DNA of 64,000 bases from Candidatus Fermentithermobacillus carboniphilus (GCA_018208355.1 CP062796.1:237217-301216), one strand, 5' to 3'; numbered from the stretch's first letter, positions 10,169 to 19,933 are shown. Notes: generated by a model from the sequence alone, not told the origin. A program made the numbers and translations.

Positions 10169-11191
10169 TTACGATCCTTTTTCCATGGATATCTTGGGAT
10201 TCAAATAGGTATAAAGGATATCCGATGTGAGATTCATCAGCACAAAAGTGAGCGCATAAACCATAACGGCTCCTTGAACTAGCGAGTAATCACGGCTGAA
10301 TATACCGTCAACCACAAGCCTTCCCATTCCCGGCCAACTGAAAATAGTCTCAACTATCATGTTCCCGCCGAGCAAAGTGCCGGTCTCAAGACCTGCTACC
10401 GTCACAGTCGGTATAAGGGCATTGCGAAGAGCGTGTTTGACGATGACCAGATGCTCTGGGACCCCCTTTGCTCTGGCAAACATCACGTAATCTTTTTGCA
10501 GAACTTCAAGCATACTGGATCTGACAACTCGAGTAATGACTGCCGCGGGAGCCGCGCCCAGAGCAACAGCCGGTAATATGAGGTGCTCAAGACTGTTCTT
10601 GAGGGCGGCCAGGTCCCACGCTAAAACGGAGTCCAGGACATAGAGTCCTGTTCTTTTAGGCGGAGTAAAACCGTAATCCGCACGACCTGACGTAGGCAAG
10701 ATTCCCAGATTTACCGAGAAAATGATGATTAGCACAATACCCAGCCAGAATGCCGGCACCGAAATGCCGAGAAAGGCTCCTGCCGTGCTGGCCCTATCCA
10801 TAGCAGAATTGTGCTTTACTGCGGATAATACTCCTACGGGTATCCCTATAAGAAGCGCAAAAAACATGGCGGCAATAGCCAGTTCGACGGTTGCAGGCAA
10901 TGCTTGGAGTATAAGCTTAGATACATTATCAGCGCGAGAAATGGAGTATCCTAAGTCGCCCCTCAGAACCCTCGAAAGATAGGACAAGAGCTGAATGTGG
11001 ACCGGTTGGTCTAGGTTGAATTGGGCTTTTAAAGAATCGATATCCGCCTGAGTCACGTTAGAACCTTCACCAATCATGATATCAACGGGGTCTCCCGGGA
11101 TTAGCCTCATAAATAAGAAAACTACGATGCAAACCCCCAACATGATGGGGATGGCTCCAAGTATTCTCTCAAGTATCCGTATCCCACGCAT
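10169..11191 (-). CDS. Peptide ABC permease (OppB-like)
   Basis: PGDP, GDLGYS, ARAKG, ETIFSWPGMG. Confidence 0.93.
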   Translation of the reverse strand: MRGIRILERILGAIPIMLGVCIVVFLFMRLIPGDPVDIMIGEGSNVTQADIDSLKAQFNLDQPVHIQLLSYLSRVLRGDLGYSISRADNVSKLILQALPATVELAIAAMFFALLIGIPVGVLSAVKHNSAMDRASTAGAFLGISVPAFWLGIVLIIIFSVNLGILPTSGRADYGFTPPKRTGLYVLDSVLAWDLAALKNSLEHLILPAVALGAAPAAVITRVVRSSMLEVLQKDYVMFARAKGVPEHLVIVKHALRNALIPTVTVAGLETGTLLGGNMIVETIFSWPGMGRLVVDGIFSRDYSLVQGAVMVYALTFVLMNLTSDILYTYLNPKISMEKGS

Positions 11192-11310
11192 TTTGCATCA
11201 TTCTCCTCTATGGACGGTAAAGAGGTTCAAAGGAGACATGTGGTCAGAAGCCCGAAGATGGGCCAGGGTTGCCTTTGAAACGGCTATCCGGCCCATCATC
11301 AGCCACACTT

Positions 11311-12894
11311 TTACTTGGAAGGTACTTTCGCTTCGATGCCGGCTTCCTTCAGAAGTGCGATTGCTTTTTCGGGATTATACTCGTAAGGCCTCAAGTTCTC
11401 GTCAAAACCAAAACCGCTGGGTAAAAATACGGTTGCAAGTCTGCCTGCGTTATCGCCGTAGATGGAGTTGAGTATTGTATCCCAATCAATGGCGTAGTTA
11501 AGTGCCTTGCGGACTCGAACGTCGTCGAAAGGAGGTTTTTTGTTGTTCAATTCTATGCCGTACACTCTTGTGCCTGGCACTGACTGGACTACTACATTCG
11601 GATCCGATGCCAGACTCTTTGCCATATCTGGTGGGAGCTTATCGATAATATGGACTTCGCCTGCTTTCAGGGATGACACTCGAGTGGCAGGATCAGGCAT
11701 CATCCTGAAAATCGCTGTTTTCACCGGGGCTGGGCCCACAGGTGGAAGGTCTGGTGAACCGCCATAATAGTCGTCGAACCTCTCGAGCGCGACCTGGTCA
11801 CTGAGGTTTCCCTCTTTGAACTTAAATGGGCCAGTGCCTATGGGCTTTTCGGCAAACTTATCATCGCCCACTTGTTTAATATAATGTTCAGGGACGATCT
11901 GAAAATGTGCCAGAGCCTGAGTGAAAACGGGGAACGGATTCTTCAGAGTAAACTTAACCGTATAATCATCCAGTTTTTCCACTCTTTCTACCGGCCCCAA
12001 TAGATCCTTTCTCGGTGAAGTTTTGCCCGAGATTCCGTTCTCACTGAGTATCCGCTGGAACGTAAAAAGCACATCATCGGCATTGAGCAAGTGGCCGTCG
12101 TGAAATTTTACTCCGTGACGGATCTTGAAAATGTAGGTGGTTGGGTCAGGGGTTTCCCAGGATTCAGCGATTTCGGGTACTATTTTGCCGTCCCAGGTTC
12201 TGGTTACCAGAGCATCAAATATGTTCCGGATAACGGTCTCAGTATCCCTGTCTCGGTAGTTCCCCGGGTCGAGCGTCACTATTTTATCTGTACCCAACCC
12301 CACTACCAATGTGTCTCCGTCTTTCAGCCTTACGTCGTGTAGATTGATCCGGGAATCCATGGATATGTGCCAGTTTTCAACTTGACTGGATGCGGCGCCG
12401 ATTTCTTTAAGATAATATCCGAAAACCCAAGGAGCATCTTCATATATAATCGCCTGAGCCTGCCGATAAAGGTCTTCTCTGGTGGCCTCATCGGTAGCCG
12501 CAGTTGCCTGTTGCAATACCTGGTCAAGTTTGGGATTTGAGTAGAAGGAATAGTTGCCCCTTCCATTGGTGGTCAGCTTGGGTATGACGAGGTCAAAAGG
12601 ATCGAAGTAGGAACTACCCCAGTCGGTCAAATACATCTGGCGACTGCCTTGTAAAAGCTGTTCTTTCATGGCGCTCCATTCCCAGACTCTAACCTCTGCG
12701 TTGATGCCGATCTTACGCAGATCAGCTGCTACTGCCTCAGCTTCATCCTTTCTGTTGGCTTCGGTATCGATGACTATAGATAGAGTCGGTCGCTTCTCTT
12801 TGGCCTCTTTCGTCCCGCATCCGGCAACTAAAAGGAGGGTCAACACCAAGAACATGGCGGCAAGATAGGTAGCGCGTCTTTTCTTGTAAAGCAA
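11311..12894 (-). CDS. Family 5 solute-binding lipoprotein, circularly permuted
   Basis: Lipobox VAGC; TLDP, AESWE, GVKFHDG, GTGPF, VRKALNYAID; the normally C-terminal segment lies at the N-terminus; TTG start after AGGAGG. Confidence 0.9.
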   Translation of the reverse strand: MLYKKRRATYLAAMFLVLTLLLVAGCGTKEAKEKRPTLSIVIDTEANRKDEAEAVAADLRKIGINAEVRVWEWSAMKEQLLQGSRQMYLTDWGSSYFDPFDLVIPKLTTNGRGNYSFYSNPKLDQVLQQATAATDEATREDLYRQAQAIIYEDAPWVFGYYLKEIGAASSQVENWHISMDSRINLHDVRLKDGDTLVVGLGTDKIVTLDPGNYRDRDTETVIRNIFDALVTRTWDGKIVPEIAESWETPDPTTYIFKIRHGVKFHDGHLLNADDVLFTFQRILSENGISGKTSPRKDLLGPVERVEKLDDYTVKFTLKNPFPVFTQALAHFQIVPEHYIKQVGDDKFAEKPIGTGPFKFKEGNLSDQVALERFDDYYGGSPDLPPVGPAPVKTAIFRMMPDPATRVSSLKAGEVHIIDKLPPDMAKSLASDPNVVVQSVPGTRVYGIELNNKKPPFDDVRVRKALNYAIDWDTILNSIYGDNAGRLATVFLPSGFGFDENLRPYEYNPEKAIALLKEAGIEAKVPSK

Positions 12895-13129
12895 GGAAAT
12901 CAACCTCCTTCTCGGATGATTTAGAGAGAAAACTAGGCCACGCCAGGCCTTCGGAGCCGGAACCCTGAAGAAAAAATGGCCTCTCAAGGTGCAAATGAGA
13001 ATAACAGTCTACTGTTGGGACATAAAGAGAGGGACTACCAGCTAAGTCTTACCAGTCGATCCGCAAGTAAGTGACATGAGGTACACCTCCGTTTCCATTT
13101 AACGCCCATGCGTTGACAGGCGCTCCTCC

Positions 13130-13250
13130 ATCAACGCTTACGAGGTTAGCTGACGGGCTCGGACTGATGAAGTAGCCCTACCTGTAGAACAGGATTCGCC
13201 CCAAGTTTGGTTCCCCCGTTCCTCCTACGGAAGAGGATTCAGCGTAGAAC
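13130..13250 (-). ncRNA. c-di-AMP riboswitch (ydaO/yuaA)
   Basis: Minus strand CGCTGAATCC..GGGGGAACC..GGGGCGAATC..TAGGG..GAGCCCGTCAGCTAACCTCGTAAGCG fits the ydaO consensus. Confidence 0.92.
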
Positions 13251-13335
13251 GGAAGTTGCTGGTGCTGCTAAGAGTTTGTGACTAAAAGGGCGAGCGTATC
13301 TTAAACCGACCTATCAAAGCACCTTAGTCCCAGAC

Positions 13336-13365
13336 ATTTTACCATGAGTTGGGCACAAAAGTCAA
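13336..13365 (-). promoter_or_regulatory. Putative sigmaA promoter for the riboswitch/ABC operon
   Basis: TTGACT-N18-TAAAAT with TG just upstream of -10. Confidence 0.55.
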
Positions 13366-13399
13366 ATAAATCGCCAGGAGTCAGCCGGGACCGGAAACT

Positions 13400-14071
13400 T
13401 TATTTGCCGCCTCTCGCCTGGGACCACCTGTGGGGGTCGTGTAAGAACTCTCTTATTACTCCTGCCACTTCCCTTGAGAAAAACCCTGTGGCCTCACCTT
13501 TATCCACAATAGCGGGCCAGTCCGTCAACCAGTGGACCCTCACCCCGATAGACCCCAGGCTGTTCTCATATTCTTCGTGAAGAGCATAGGAAGCCACGGT
13601 AAAGACGTGTTCCACCTGGAAGCCGGCTTGTCTTAAGCCGTTTATGAAGTTTACTTTGCTGCCGCCATCAAAAATGAGGTCCTCAACCAGGATCACCCTT
13701 GAACCCTCGGGAACATATCCCTCAACCTGGGCGTTTCGACCGAAACCTTTAGGCTTCTTCCGCACGTAGAGCATGGGAAGCCCCATCTTCCAGCTCAAGA
13801 AAGCCGCGTACGGGATGCCGGCGGTCTCCCCGCCTGCCACCGCGTCGGTGGGGGCATCCACAGTGTCCCGGACAAGGCTTTCCAGAAGCCCGATTACCTC
13901 CTCCCTTTCCGGTACGAAAGAAATGAGGCGACGGCAGTCGATATACACCGGGCTCTTTGTCCCTGAAGTGAGGGTGAATGGTTCCTCTGGGCGGGCTCCA
14001 ACCGCTCCTATACGGATCAATATTTCTGCTACTCTATCACTCGCCAGCACTTTTTCAAATCTTTTAACCAT
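13400..14071 (-). CDS. pyrE: Orotate phosphoribosyltransferase
   Basis: FTLTSGTKSPVYIDCR, YVRKKPK, PRPP motif VEDLIFDGGS. Confidence 0.92.
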   Translation of the reverse strand: MVKRFEKVLASDRVAEILIRIGAVGARPEEPFTLTSGTKSPVYIDCRRLISFVPEREEVIGLLESLVRDTVDAPTDAVAGGETAGIPYAAFLSWKMGLPMLYVRKKPKGFGRNAQVEGYVPEGSRVILVEDLIFDGGSKVNFINGLRQAGFQVEHVFTVASYALHEEYENSLGSIGVRVHWLTDWPAIVDKGEATGFFSREVAGVIREFLHDPHRWSQARGGK

Positions 14072-15093
14072 TTCGGTAACTCCTCCCCGTATTTTCGTTC
14101 TAAGTCCGAAAGCGCGCGCTTAAAGTCCTCAGGCACCGGAGCGAAGAATTCCATGTATGGAGCGTCCGTACCTTCACCGCCGGATCCTCCTGCTCCGGCA
14201 TCCTGGGTTGCTGCATCAAAAGACCTATACAGCCCCAATTTATAGGCGTGGAGAGCTTGACCGGGCAGTCCAAGTTCTCCCTTTGTTCGACCATAGACCG
14301 GATCACCGACCACGGGGTGCCCGATGTGGCACATATGCACGCGGATCTGGTGAGTCCTCCCTGTCCTGAGTTTTGCAACAATCAAAGTATAGTCATCCCC
14401 AAATCGCGAGATAACTTCGTAATCTGTAACGGCTCTTCTTCCCCTGCCCTCTGAAGAGACCACCGCCATCTTTTTCCTGTCCACAGGGTGCCTCCCGATT
14501 GGAGCATCCACCGACCCGGAATCCTTCCTGACCCGCCCTCTTAAAAGAGCCAGGTATTCTCGTCTTACTATCCTCTCTTTGATTTGCTGTTGCAGGGACC
14601 AAAGGGCCCTCTCGTTCTTGGCCACCACCAAGAGCCCAGTTGTGTCTTTGTCAAGCCTGTGTACTATACCCGGACGAATCTGTCCTCCTATCGAGGACAG
14701 GTCAGGGCAGTGGTTTAGAATGGCGTTCACCAGGGTTCCCTGCCAGTGTCCCGCAGCGGGATGGACCACCATCCCCCTTTCTTTGTTAATGACCAGGATG
14801 TCGTCATCTTCGTAGACCACATCCAGAGGGATGGCCTCCGGTTCTACATCCCATTCCTTTGGAGGAGGTACTTCCACTGTAACCAAATCTCCGGCCTTTA
14901 CTCTGGTCGATGCTTTTTTCGCCGGAGTGCCGTTAATCGTTACCCTGCCTTCTTCGATGAGAGACTTAACTCTTGATCGCGATAACTTGGGAAGGTTCTC
15001 GGACACGTACACGTCTATTCTGCACTTTTCAGCTTCAGGACTTACCTTGAGGGTAAATACTCTATTCCCGTTCCCTGTGTTTTCCTTCTCCAT
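14029..15093 (-). CDS. RluA/RluD-family pseudouridine synthase
   Basis: S4 domain, HRLDKDTTG, TGRTHQIRVH; follows lspA. Confidence 0.95.
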   Translation of the reverse strand: MEKENTGNGNRVFTLKVSPEAEKCRIDVYVSENLPKLSRSRVKSLIEEGRVTINGTPAKKASTRVKAGDLVTVEVPPPKEWDVEPEAIPLDVVYEDDDILVINKERGMVVHPAAGHWQGTLVNAILNHCPDLSSIGGQIRPGIVHRLDKDTTGLLVVAKNERALWSLQQQIKERIVRREYLALLRGRVRKDSGSVDAPIGRHPVDRKKMAVVSSEGRGRRAVTDYEVISRFGDDYTLIVAKLRTGRTHQIRVHMCHIGHPVVGDPVYGRTKGELGLPGQALHAYKLGLYRSFDAATQDAGAGGSGGEGTDAPYMEFFAPVPEDFKRALSDLERKYGEELPKWLKDLKKCWRVIE

Positions 15094-15099
15094 TACAAA

Positions 15100-15546
15100 C
15101 TAACCCTGCCTTTTCGAAGACAACAAGAGAACCAGTCCAATGACGAAAGCCCCGACGACTATGGCGGAGTCGGCAAGGTTGAATATGGGCGAGAAATATC
15201 TGAAACTGATGAAATCGGTGACCGTTCCCTGGCGCAGCCTGTCCAGCAGGTTTCCCATGGCCCCTCCCGAGATGAGTCCAAGGGCGACCCCCACCGGCCA
15301 TCCGTACTCTTCGGCTTTCGGATAGAAGATAATTGACATGATGACGCTCAGGATGCTCGTAATCACGAAGAAACTTGTCGCTCCAGGAAAAAGACCGAAG
15401 GCGGCCCCGGGATTTTCCCAATACGTTATCTTCAAGAGATCTCCCAGGATTGGCCTGGATTGGCCGAAAGTAAAGTGGGATCTCACATACCACTTGGTCA
15501 GCTGGTCCAGAATCAGCACTCCTGAAAACACAGACCAAAAAATCAA
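15100..15546 (-). CDS. lspA: Lipoprotein signal peptidase II
   Basis: DQLTK, NPGAAFG, GNLLDR, FNLAD. Confidence 0.95.
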   Translation of the reverse strand: MIFWSVFSGVLILDQLTKWYVRSHFTFGQSRPILGDLLKITYWENPGAAFGLFPGATSFFVITSILSVIMSIIFYPKAEEYGWPVGVALGLISGGAMGNLLDRLRQGTVTDFISFRYFSPIFNLADSAIVVGAFVIGLVLLLSSKRQG

Positions 15547-15730
15547 TGTCCCTTGCTCACTTTCTAAAGCATCTTTATAGACTCGCGGACGCCTCGAAGG
15601 CGCGCCAGATAAAGCATACTCATACCAGGACGAATGAGCAAGGCGTGGGAAGGTCAGACCCCGGGAGGCCGGTCCGTCCCCTTTCGGCGACCGGGAAAAA
15701 CATAGCAGGAAAAGCCGCTGGTGTCCCGGG

Positions 15731-15803
15731 CTTAAGCCAGATTAAGCCGAACCAAGCCAGACTAACGAGACTAAGCCAAATTACACGAGACCACACCAGA
15801 TTG
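15731..15803. repeat. Degenerate ~10-nt tandem repeat (about 7 units)
   Basis: cttaagccag attaagccga accaagccag actaacgag actaagccaa attacacgag accacaccag. Confidence 0.7.
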
Positions 15804-16322
15804 AGAAAGAGGAGGCTCGTCGCCCGGTTGCTCTTCGTTGCCTTCGCCTTCATCGGGAAACCCCGGTTTTATCACTTGTTCCTCGACAGGCCTGCGGCTT
15901 CGAGGTTTGACTTCCTCTTCTTTTTGGCACCGGACGCAGAGTTCCGCTTCGGGTGCGGCTTCCAGTCTTCCTTCTGGTATGGGCTGGCCGCACCTTAAGC
16001 ACACGCCATAAGTCCCCTGCCGTATCCTGGCAATGGCTCCTTCGACTCTTGAAAGATTTATCTCGATGCCGTCTTTAAGACCCAGGTCTTTTTCCCTTTC
16101 AAAGGTCTCGGTCCCGATATCTGCCGGGTGTTGGTCGTACATCGCTTCTTCGGAAAGACTATCCTTCTGGCCCTGTGAAAAGGTTTTCTCCTTAATGGCC
16201 GTAAACGCCCTGAGGAGCCGCTCTTTTTCGCGAGTAAGGAGGTTCTCGAAATGTCGCAAGTCCAGATCGTTTCTGACTGGAGCGCCCCGGCCGGGGCGAG
16301 ATCGATCCATTCCTGAATTCAT
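15771..16322 (-). CDS. TraR/DksA C4 zinc-finger protein (YteA-like)
   Basis: YDQHPADIGTETFERE, CLRC..CVRC. Confidence 0.9.
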   Translation of the reverse strand: MNSGMDRSRPGRGAPVRNDLDLRHFENLLTREKERLLRAFTAIKEKTFSQGQKDSLSEEAMYDQHPADIGTETFEREKDLGLKDGIEINLSRVEGAIARIRQGTYGVCLRCGQPIPEGRLEAAPEAELCVRCQKEEEVKPRSRRPVEEQVIKPGFPDEGEGNEEQPGDEPPLSQSGVVSCNLA

Positions 16323-16388
16323 ACCGCATCTCCCTTTGTTTTCGGAAGTCTAAACATCCCAGTTTTCTTGTTAACCCCACAAGTTCCC

Positions 16389-16688
16389 TTATGGCTTTTG
16401 CCTCAGGTATTGCTGGACGATCCAGACGAGTTCTCCCAGGAAATTACCTATGATGGGAAGATTCAGTAAAAAACTCCTGGTCAGGATATATATGACCAGC
16501 GCCCCCAGGAGAGTGAAACCCACGGCCAGTCCCACGCCTCTCGAGAGCCCTCCGAGAAGATTCAGGTAAATGAGGCGCCAGGGCTTGTTCAACAAGTCGA
16601 CATATTCGGCAATTTTGGCCCTCTCGAGAGAATTCGAAATCTTTATAAGAGTTTTCTCCAGCCTGTCTTCCCTTGTCTCCCTGTCCAA
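16389..16688 (-). CDS. Small membrane protein (DUF5665-like)
   Basis: IAEYVDLL..NLLGGLSRGVGLAVG..NLPIIG pattern. Confidence 0.7.
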   Translation of the reverse strand: MDRETREDRLEKTLIKISNSLERAKIAEYVDLLNKPWRLIYLNLLGGLSRGVGLAVGFTLLGALVIYILTRSFLLNLPIIGNFLGELVWIVQQYLRQKP

Positions 16689-16979
16689 TCCGTGACTTCC
16701 CTCCCTAGTTTATTAGCGGGAGGATTACGCATCCCCTTTGACAGCCCCCGTGACTCCATCTTCTCGCGGGTGCGGTTATATCTTTTCTCAAAGAGGCGCC
16801 GGGTAACCCCAGATCGAAGCAGTCAGGGTAAAACCTTCAAGGGCTTGGCGCTCTCACGGGGCCGGATTCCCCGAGGAGGTAAACGTGAAATCCTGAAGAA
16901 TCCTACAGAAGGATGGTAACGGAGTATCCATATAGCCAGAAACAGCTCAAGAGACCCTTCGAAGAGGAGGCTTTCTGCC

Positions 16980-18083
16980 ATGAGAATCCATGAGCTGGCG
17001 CGACCCGAAGTATTTACCCTTTCGCCCTACATTCCGGGAAAACCTGCGGACGAGGTCAAGCGGCAACTCGGACTCGAAAGGGTAATAAAACTTGCTTCCA
17101 ACGAAAACCCCTTGGGACCCTCGCCCAGGGCCGTAAAATGCATCCAAGACCTGGCGTCGTCTGTCCACATTTACCCGGACGCGTCCGCATTCCGCTTAAA
17201 GACCGCGCTTCGGGAAAGATATGATATCGATGCGGACCAGATCATCCTCGGCAATGGTTCCGACGAAATCATCATGCTCTTGGGCCAAACTTTCATTCGT
17301 CCCGGCGACGAAGCCATCATGCCCCACCCCAGTTTTCCGGTATACAGGACCTCTGTTCTCCTCATGGGAGGCCGCCCGGTGGAGGTACCCCTTAAGGATG
17401 GATTTCTCGACATTGAGGCGATGGTTTCGAGGGTCACCGAAAAAACAAAGATGTTCTTTGTATGTAACCCCAACAACCCTACGGGTGCCATGGTCGACCG
17501 CTCCCGCATCCAGTATCTCATGGACAACATTCCCGATCACGTCCTCGTGGTGGCAGATGAAGCCTACGCCGAGTACGTAGAGGACCCCGACTACGGAGAC
17601 ATGTTGCGGTACCTCAAAGAAGGCCGCAATGTGGCCGTTCTACACACCTTTTCCAAAATCTACGGGCTTGCCGGGTTGAGAGTCGGTTACGGCCTTGTAC
17701 CCGCCGATGTGGCGGCTGCTTTTAACCGGGTGCGGCTTTCGTTCAACACCAATGCCATCGGCCAGGCCGCAGCGTGCGCCGCCCTGGAAGACCTTGACCA
17801 TGTGGAAAAGAGCCGCAAACTCAACGCGCAGGGAATGAGATACCTTTCGGCCCGGTTCACCGAGATGGGACTGAAAGTTTATCCCTCCTGGGGCAACTTC
17901 ATCCTGGTGGATACCGGACGCGACTGCCAGAAGGTATTTGAAGGTCTCATCCGAAAAGGAGTAATTGTCCGGCCGACAACCCCCTGGGGCCTCGATACCT
18001 GCCTCCGGATCACGGTGGGGACTCCCGAAGAAAACGAGGTTCTCGTAGAAGCGCTGGAAGCGACTCTGGAGGAGCTGGCCTGA
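16980..18083 (+). CDS. hisC: Histidinol-phosphate aminotransferase
   Basis: KLASNENP, GNGSDE, NPNNPTG, TFSKIYGLAGLR. Confidence 0.93.
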   Translation: MRIHELARPEVFTLSPYIPGKPADEVKRQLGLERVIKLASNENPLGPSPRAVKCIQDLASSVHIYPDASAFRLKTALRERYDIDADQIILGNGSDEIIMLLGQTFIRPGDEAIMPHPSFPVYRTSVLLMGGRPVEVPLKDGFLDIEAMVSRVTEKTKMFFVCNPNNPTGAMVDRSRIQYLMDNIPDHVLVVADEAYAEYVEDPDYGDMLRYLKEGRNVAVLHTFSKIYGLAGLRVGYGLVPADVAAAFNRVRLSFNTNAIGQAAACAALEDLDHVEKSRKLNAQGMRYLSARFTEMGLKVYPSWGNFILVDTGRDCQKVFEGLIRKGVIVRPTTPWGLDTCLRITVGTPEENEVLVEALEATLEELA

Positions 18084-18105
18084 CTGAGCCGGGCGTGGGG
18101 CTTCT

Positions 18106-19068
18106 TCAAAAACAGAGTTCCACCTCGATTCCCAGGCTTGTGGCAGATTCCAGGACAGTCTCCCTCAGATAGTCCAGATACGCCAGGGGATTCTTCAGAT
18201 ACCTGTTGAGAGCTAGAATTGCATCAGGGTGGGCCACCTGGCGGAAGCGGGCGACTGCAGAAGGGTACGGGTTAAACCGGTCCACGAGAACCCGCCTCAC
18301 CCCGGCATCCCGGAACCTGATTAACATTTCCCTGATAACCCTAGGTGAATCTGAATGGTACGGCAACACCGGACCGAAGAATCCCCAGGTTTGGAGGCCC
18401 GCACTAGACATCCTGCGAAGCACCTCAAACCTGCGGGATGATGGAGTCGCGCCTGGCTCGTATCTTTTGCTTATGGAGTCAACAGGATTGGTGATTGTCA
18501 TGCCGACCTCTGCATTGGGGATATCTTGGAGGATGTCGAGGTCGCGCACAACCAGGTCCGATTTGGTGAGGATCGAGAGCTCAAGCGCTTCCCACTTGAA
18601 ACTTGCGCTCCAACCGCCCGATTTCCCAAGCTGGGAAAGTATCTCCAGGCAAGAGCGTGTAAGTTTGTAAGCGCGCTCCGGTGGCTGATACGGATCTGTT
18701 ACGCTGGCCATCATGACTCGCAATACTCTGGGCGGTGCAGAAGGATGCTCGCCGAGCTGCAGGCCAGGGGACAATACCTTTCGGCTGAGGAGCATTTCTT
18801 TCCGGAGTATCTGGGCAACATTGACTTTAGCGTCTGCCCACGTCCCCCACTCGCCCTCATTGCCATGAAAGCGCGACATGAACGAGGCATAGCAGTACAC
18901 GCATCTGTGCAGGCAACCTGAGTATGGGTTTATCACGTAATCGACCCCAGGTATACCTGAGCGGACCAGGGCTGACCTGCACGTTACTTCCCGCACGGTA
19001 GCCTCGCTTGGGCCACTGTTTCCGGCGGCATGACCTTGTTGGAACGACCCTGGTTCAGCCTTCCTCAT
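18106..19068 (-). CDS. Radical SAM protein, spore-photoproduct-lyase-like subgroup
   Basis: NPYSGCLHRCVYCYA, SVTDPYQPPE, LTKS. Confidence 0.88.
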   Translation of the reverse strand: MRKAEPGSFQQGHAAGNSGPSEATVREVTCRSALVRSGIPGVDYVINPYSGCLHRCVYCYASFMSRFHGNEGEWGTWADAKVNVAQILRKEMLLSRKVLSPGLQLGEHPSAPPRVLRVMMASVTDPYQPPERAYKLTRSCLEILSQLGKSGGWSASFKWEALELSILTKSDLVVRDLDILQDIPNAEVGMTITNPVDSISKRYEPGATPSSRRFEVLRRMSSAGLQTWGFFGPVLPYHSDSPRVIREMLIRFRDAGVRRVLVDRFNPYPSAVARFRQVAHPDAILALNRYLKNPLAYLDYLRETVLESATSLGIEVELCF

Positions 19069-19100
19069 TCGATATCACCCGGTTACCGGGAAGCCCCTTG

Positions 19101-19907
19101 TCATGAGCCCCCCGTTATCGAAAGTTCCTCGTTGAGGACGTCGGCGATGAACATGTGGCCGGGGGCGTGCCCGATCACGAGCGGAAGTTTGGCATTGGAA
19201 GCTACCATCTGAGCGGTCACACCGCAAGCCCAAAACACTGGTACATCCCCGGGCTTAAGAACAGGAGGGTCTCCAAAATCCGGATGGTCCAGGTCCTTTA
19301 TCCCTAACCCCTCCGGATCGCCCACCCATACAGGCGCTCCGTGTGACAGCGGATATCGAGCGGTTATGGTCACTGCCTTGCTGACCAGGCTCGCAGGTAT
19401 GCCTCTCATGCTAACAACCATCTTTCCGCTGAAGGGTCCCGCCGGAATGCAGTCGATGTTGGAGATGTACATCGGGCAGTTTGACCCATTCTCTATGTGT
19501 CTCACCGGAACTCCGTGAGATAGCAGCGCTTCTTCGAACCCGAAACTGCATCCGATGAGGAAATAGACAAGATCCTCGGTCCAGAGCGACGTTATGTCTC
19601 CGACTCGCTCAACAAGAACCCCGTGGCGATATACCCAGTAGAGGGGTATGTCTGCCCGGATATCGGCCGACGCTGCCAGGAACTTAGTGTATGGGTCGCC
19701 CGGGGACCCGATTTCAAGGAGCGGACATGGCTTTGGGTTTCTCAGGCAGAAAGACGCAAAGTCCAACGCGTACTCTTTGTGCATTATAACGAGGTTGGCC
19801 TGGGCATATCCTCTGGCCAAGCCTGTGGTGGGCGTGACGAATCCAGATCTGAAGGCGCTTCGCCACTCTCTTGGGCTCTTCTCTTTATGCATTTCGGCTT
19901 CCATCAC
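19101..19907 (-). CDS. DUF1445 / D-glutamate-cyclase-like putative hydro-lyase
   Basis: QANL, RNPKPCPL, GCSFGFE, FWACGVT, HAPGHM. Confidence 0.9.
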   Translation of the reverse strand: MMEAEMHKEKSPREWRSAFRSGFVTPTTGLARGYAQANLVIMHKEYALDFASFCLRNPKPCPLLEIGSPGDPYTKFLAASADIRADIPLYWVYRHGVLVERVGDITSLWTEDLVYFLIGCSFGFEEALLSHGVPVRHIENGSNCPMYISNIDCIPAGPFSGKMVVSMRGIPASLVSKAVTITARYPLSHGAPVWVGDPEGLGIKDLDHPDFGDPPVLKPGDVPVFWACGVTAQMVASNAKLPLVIGHAPGHMFIADVLNEELSITGGS

Positions 19908-19933
19908 ACCACCGACCCTCCGTCTCTATTCAT

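Noticed and set aside
15731..15803. CRISPR-like array
   Set aside because: Units are about 10 nt with no spacers, and no cas genes or repeat-spacer pattern occur in the window.
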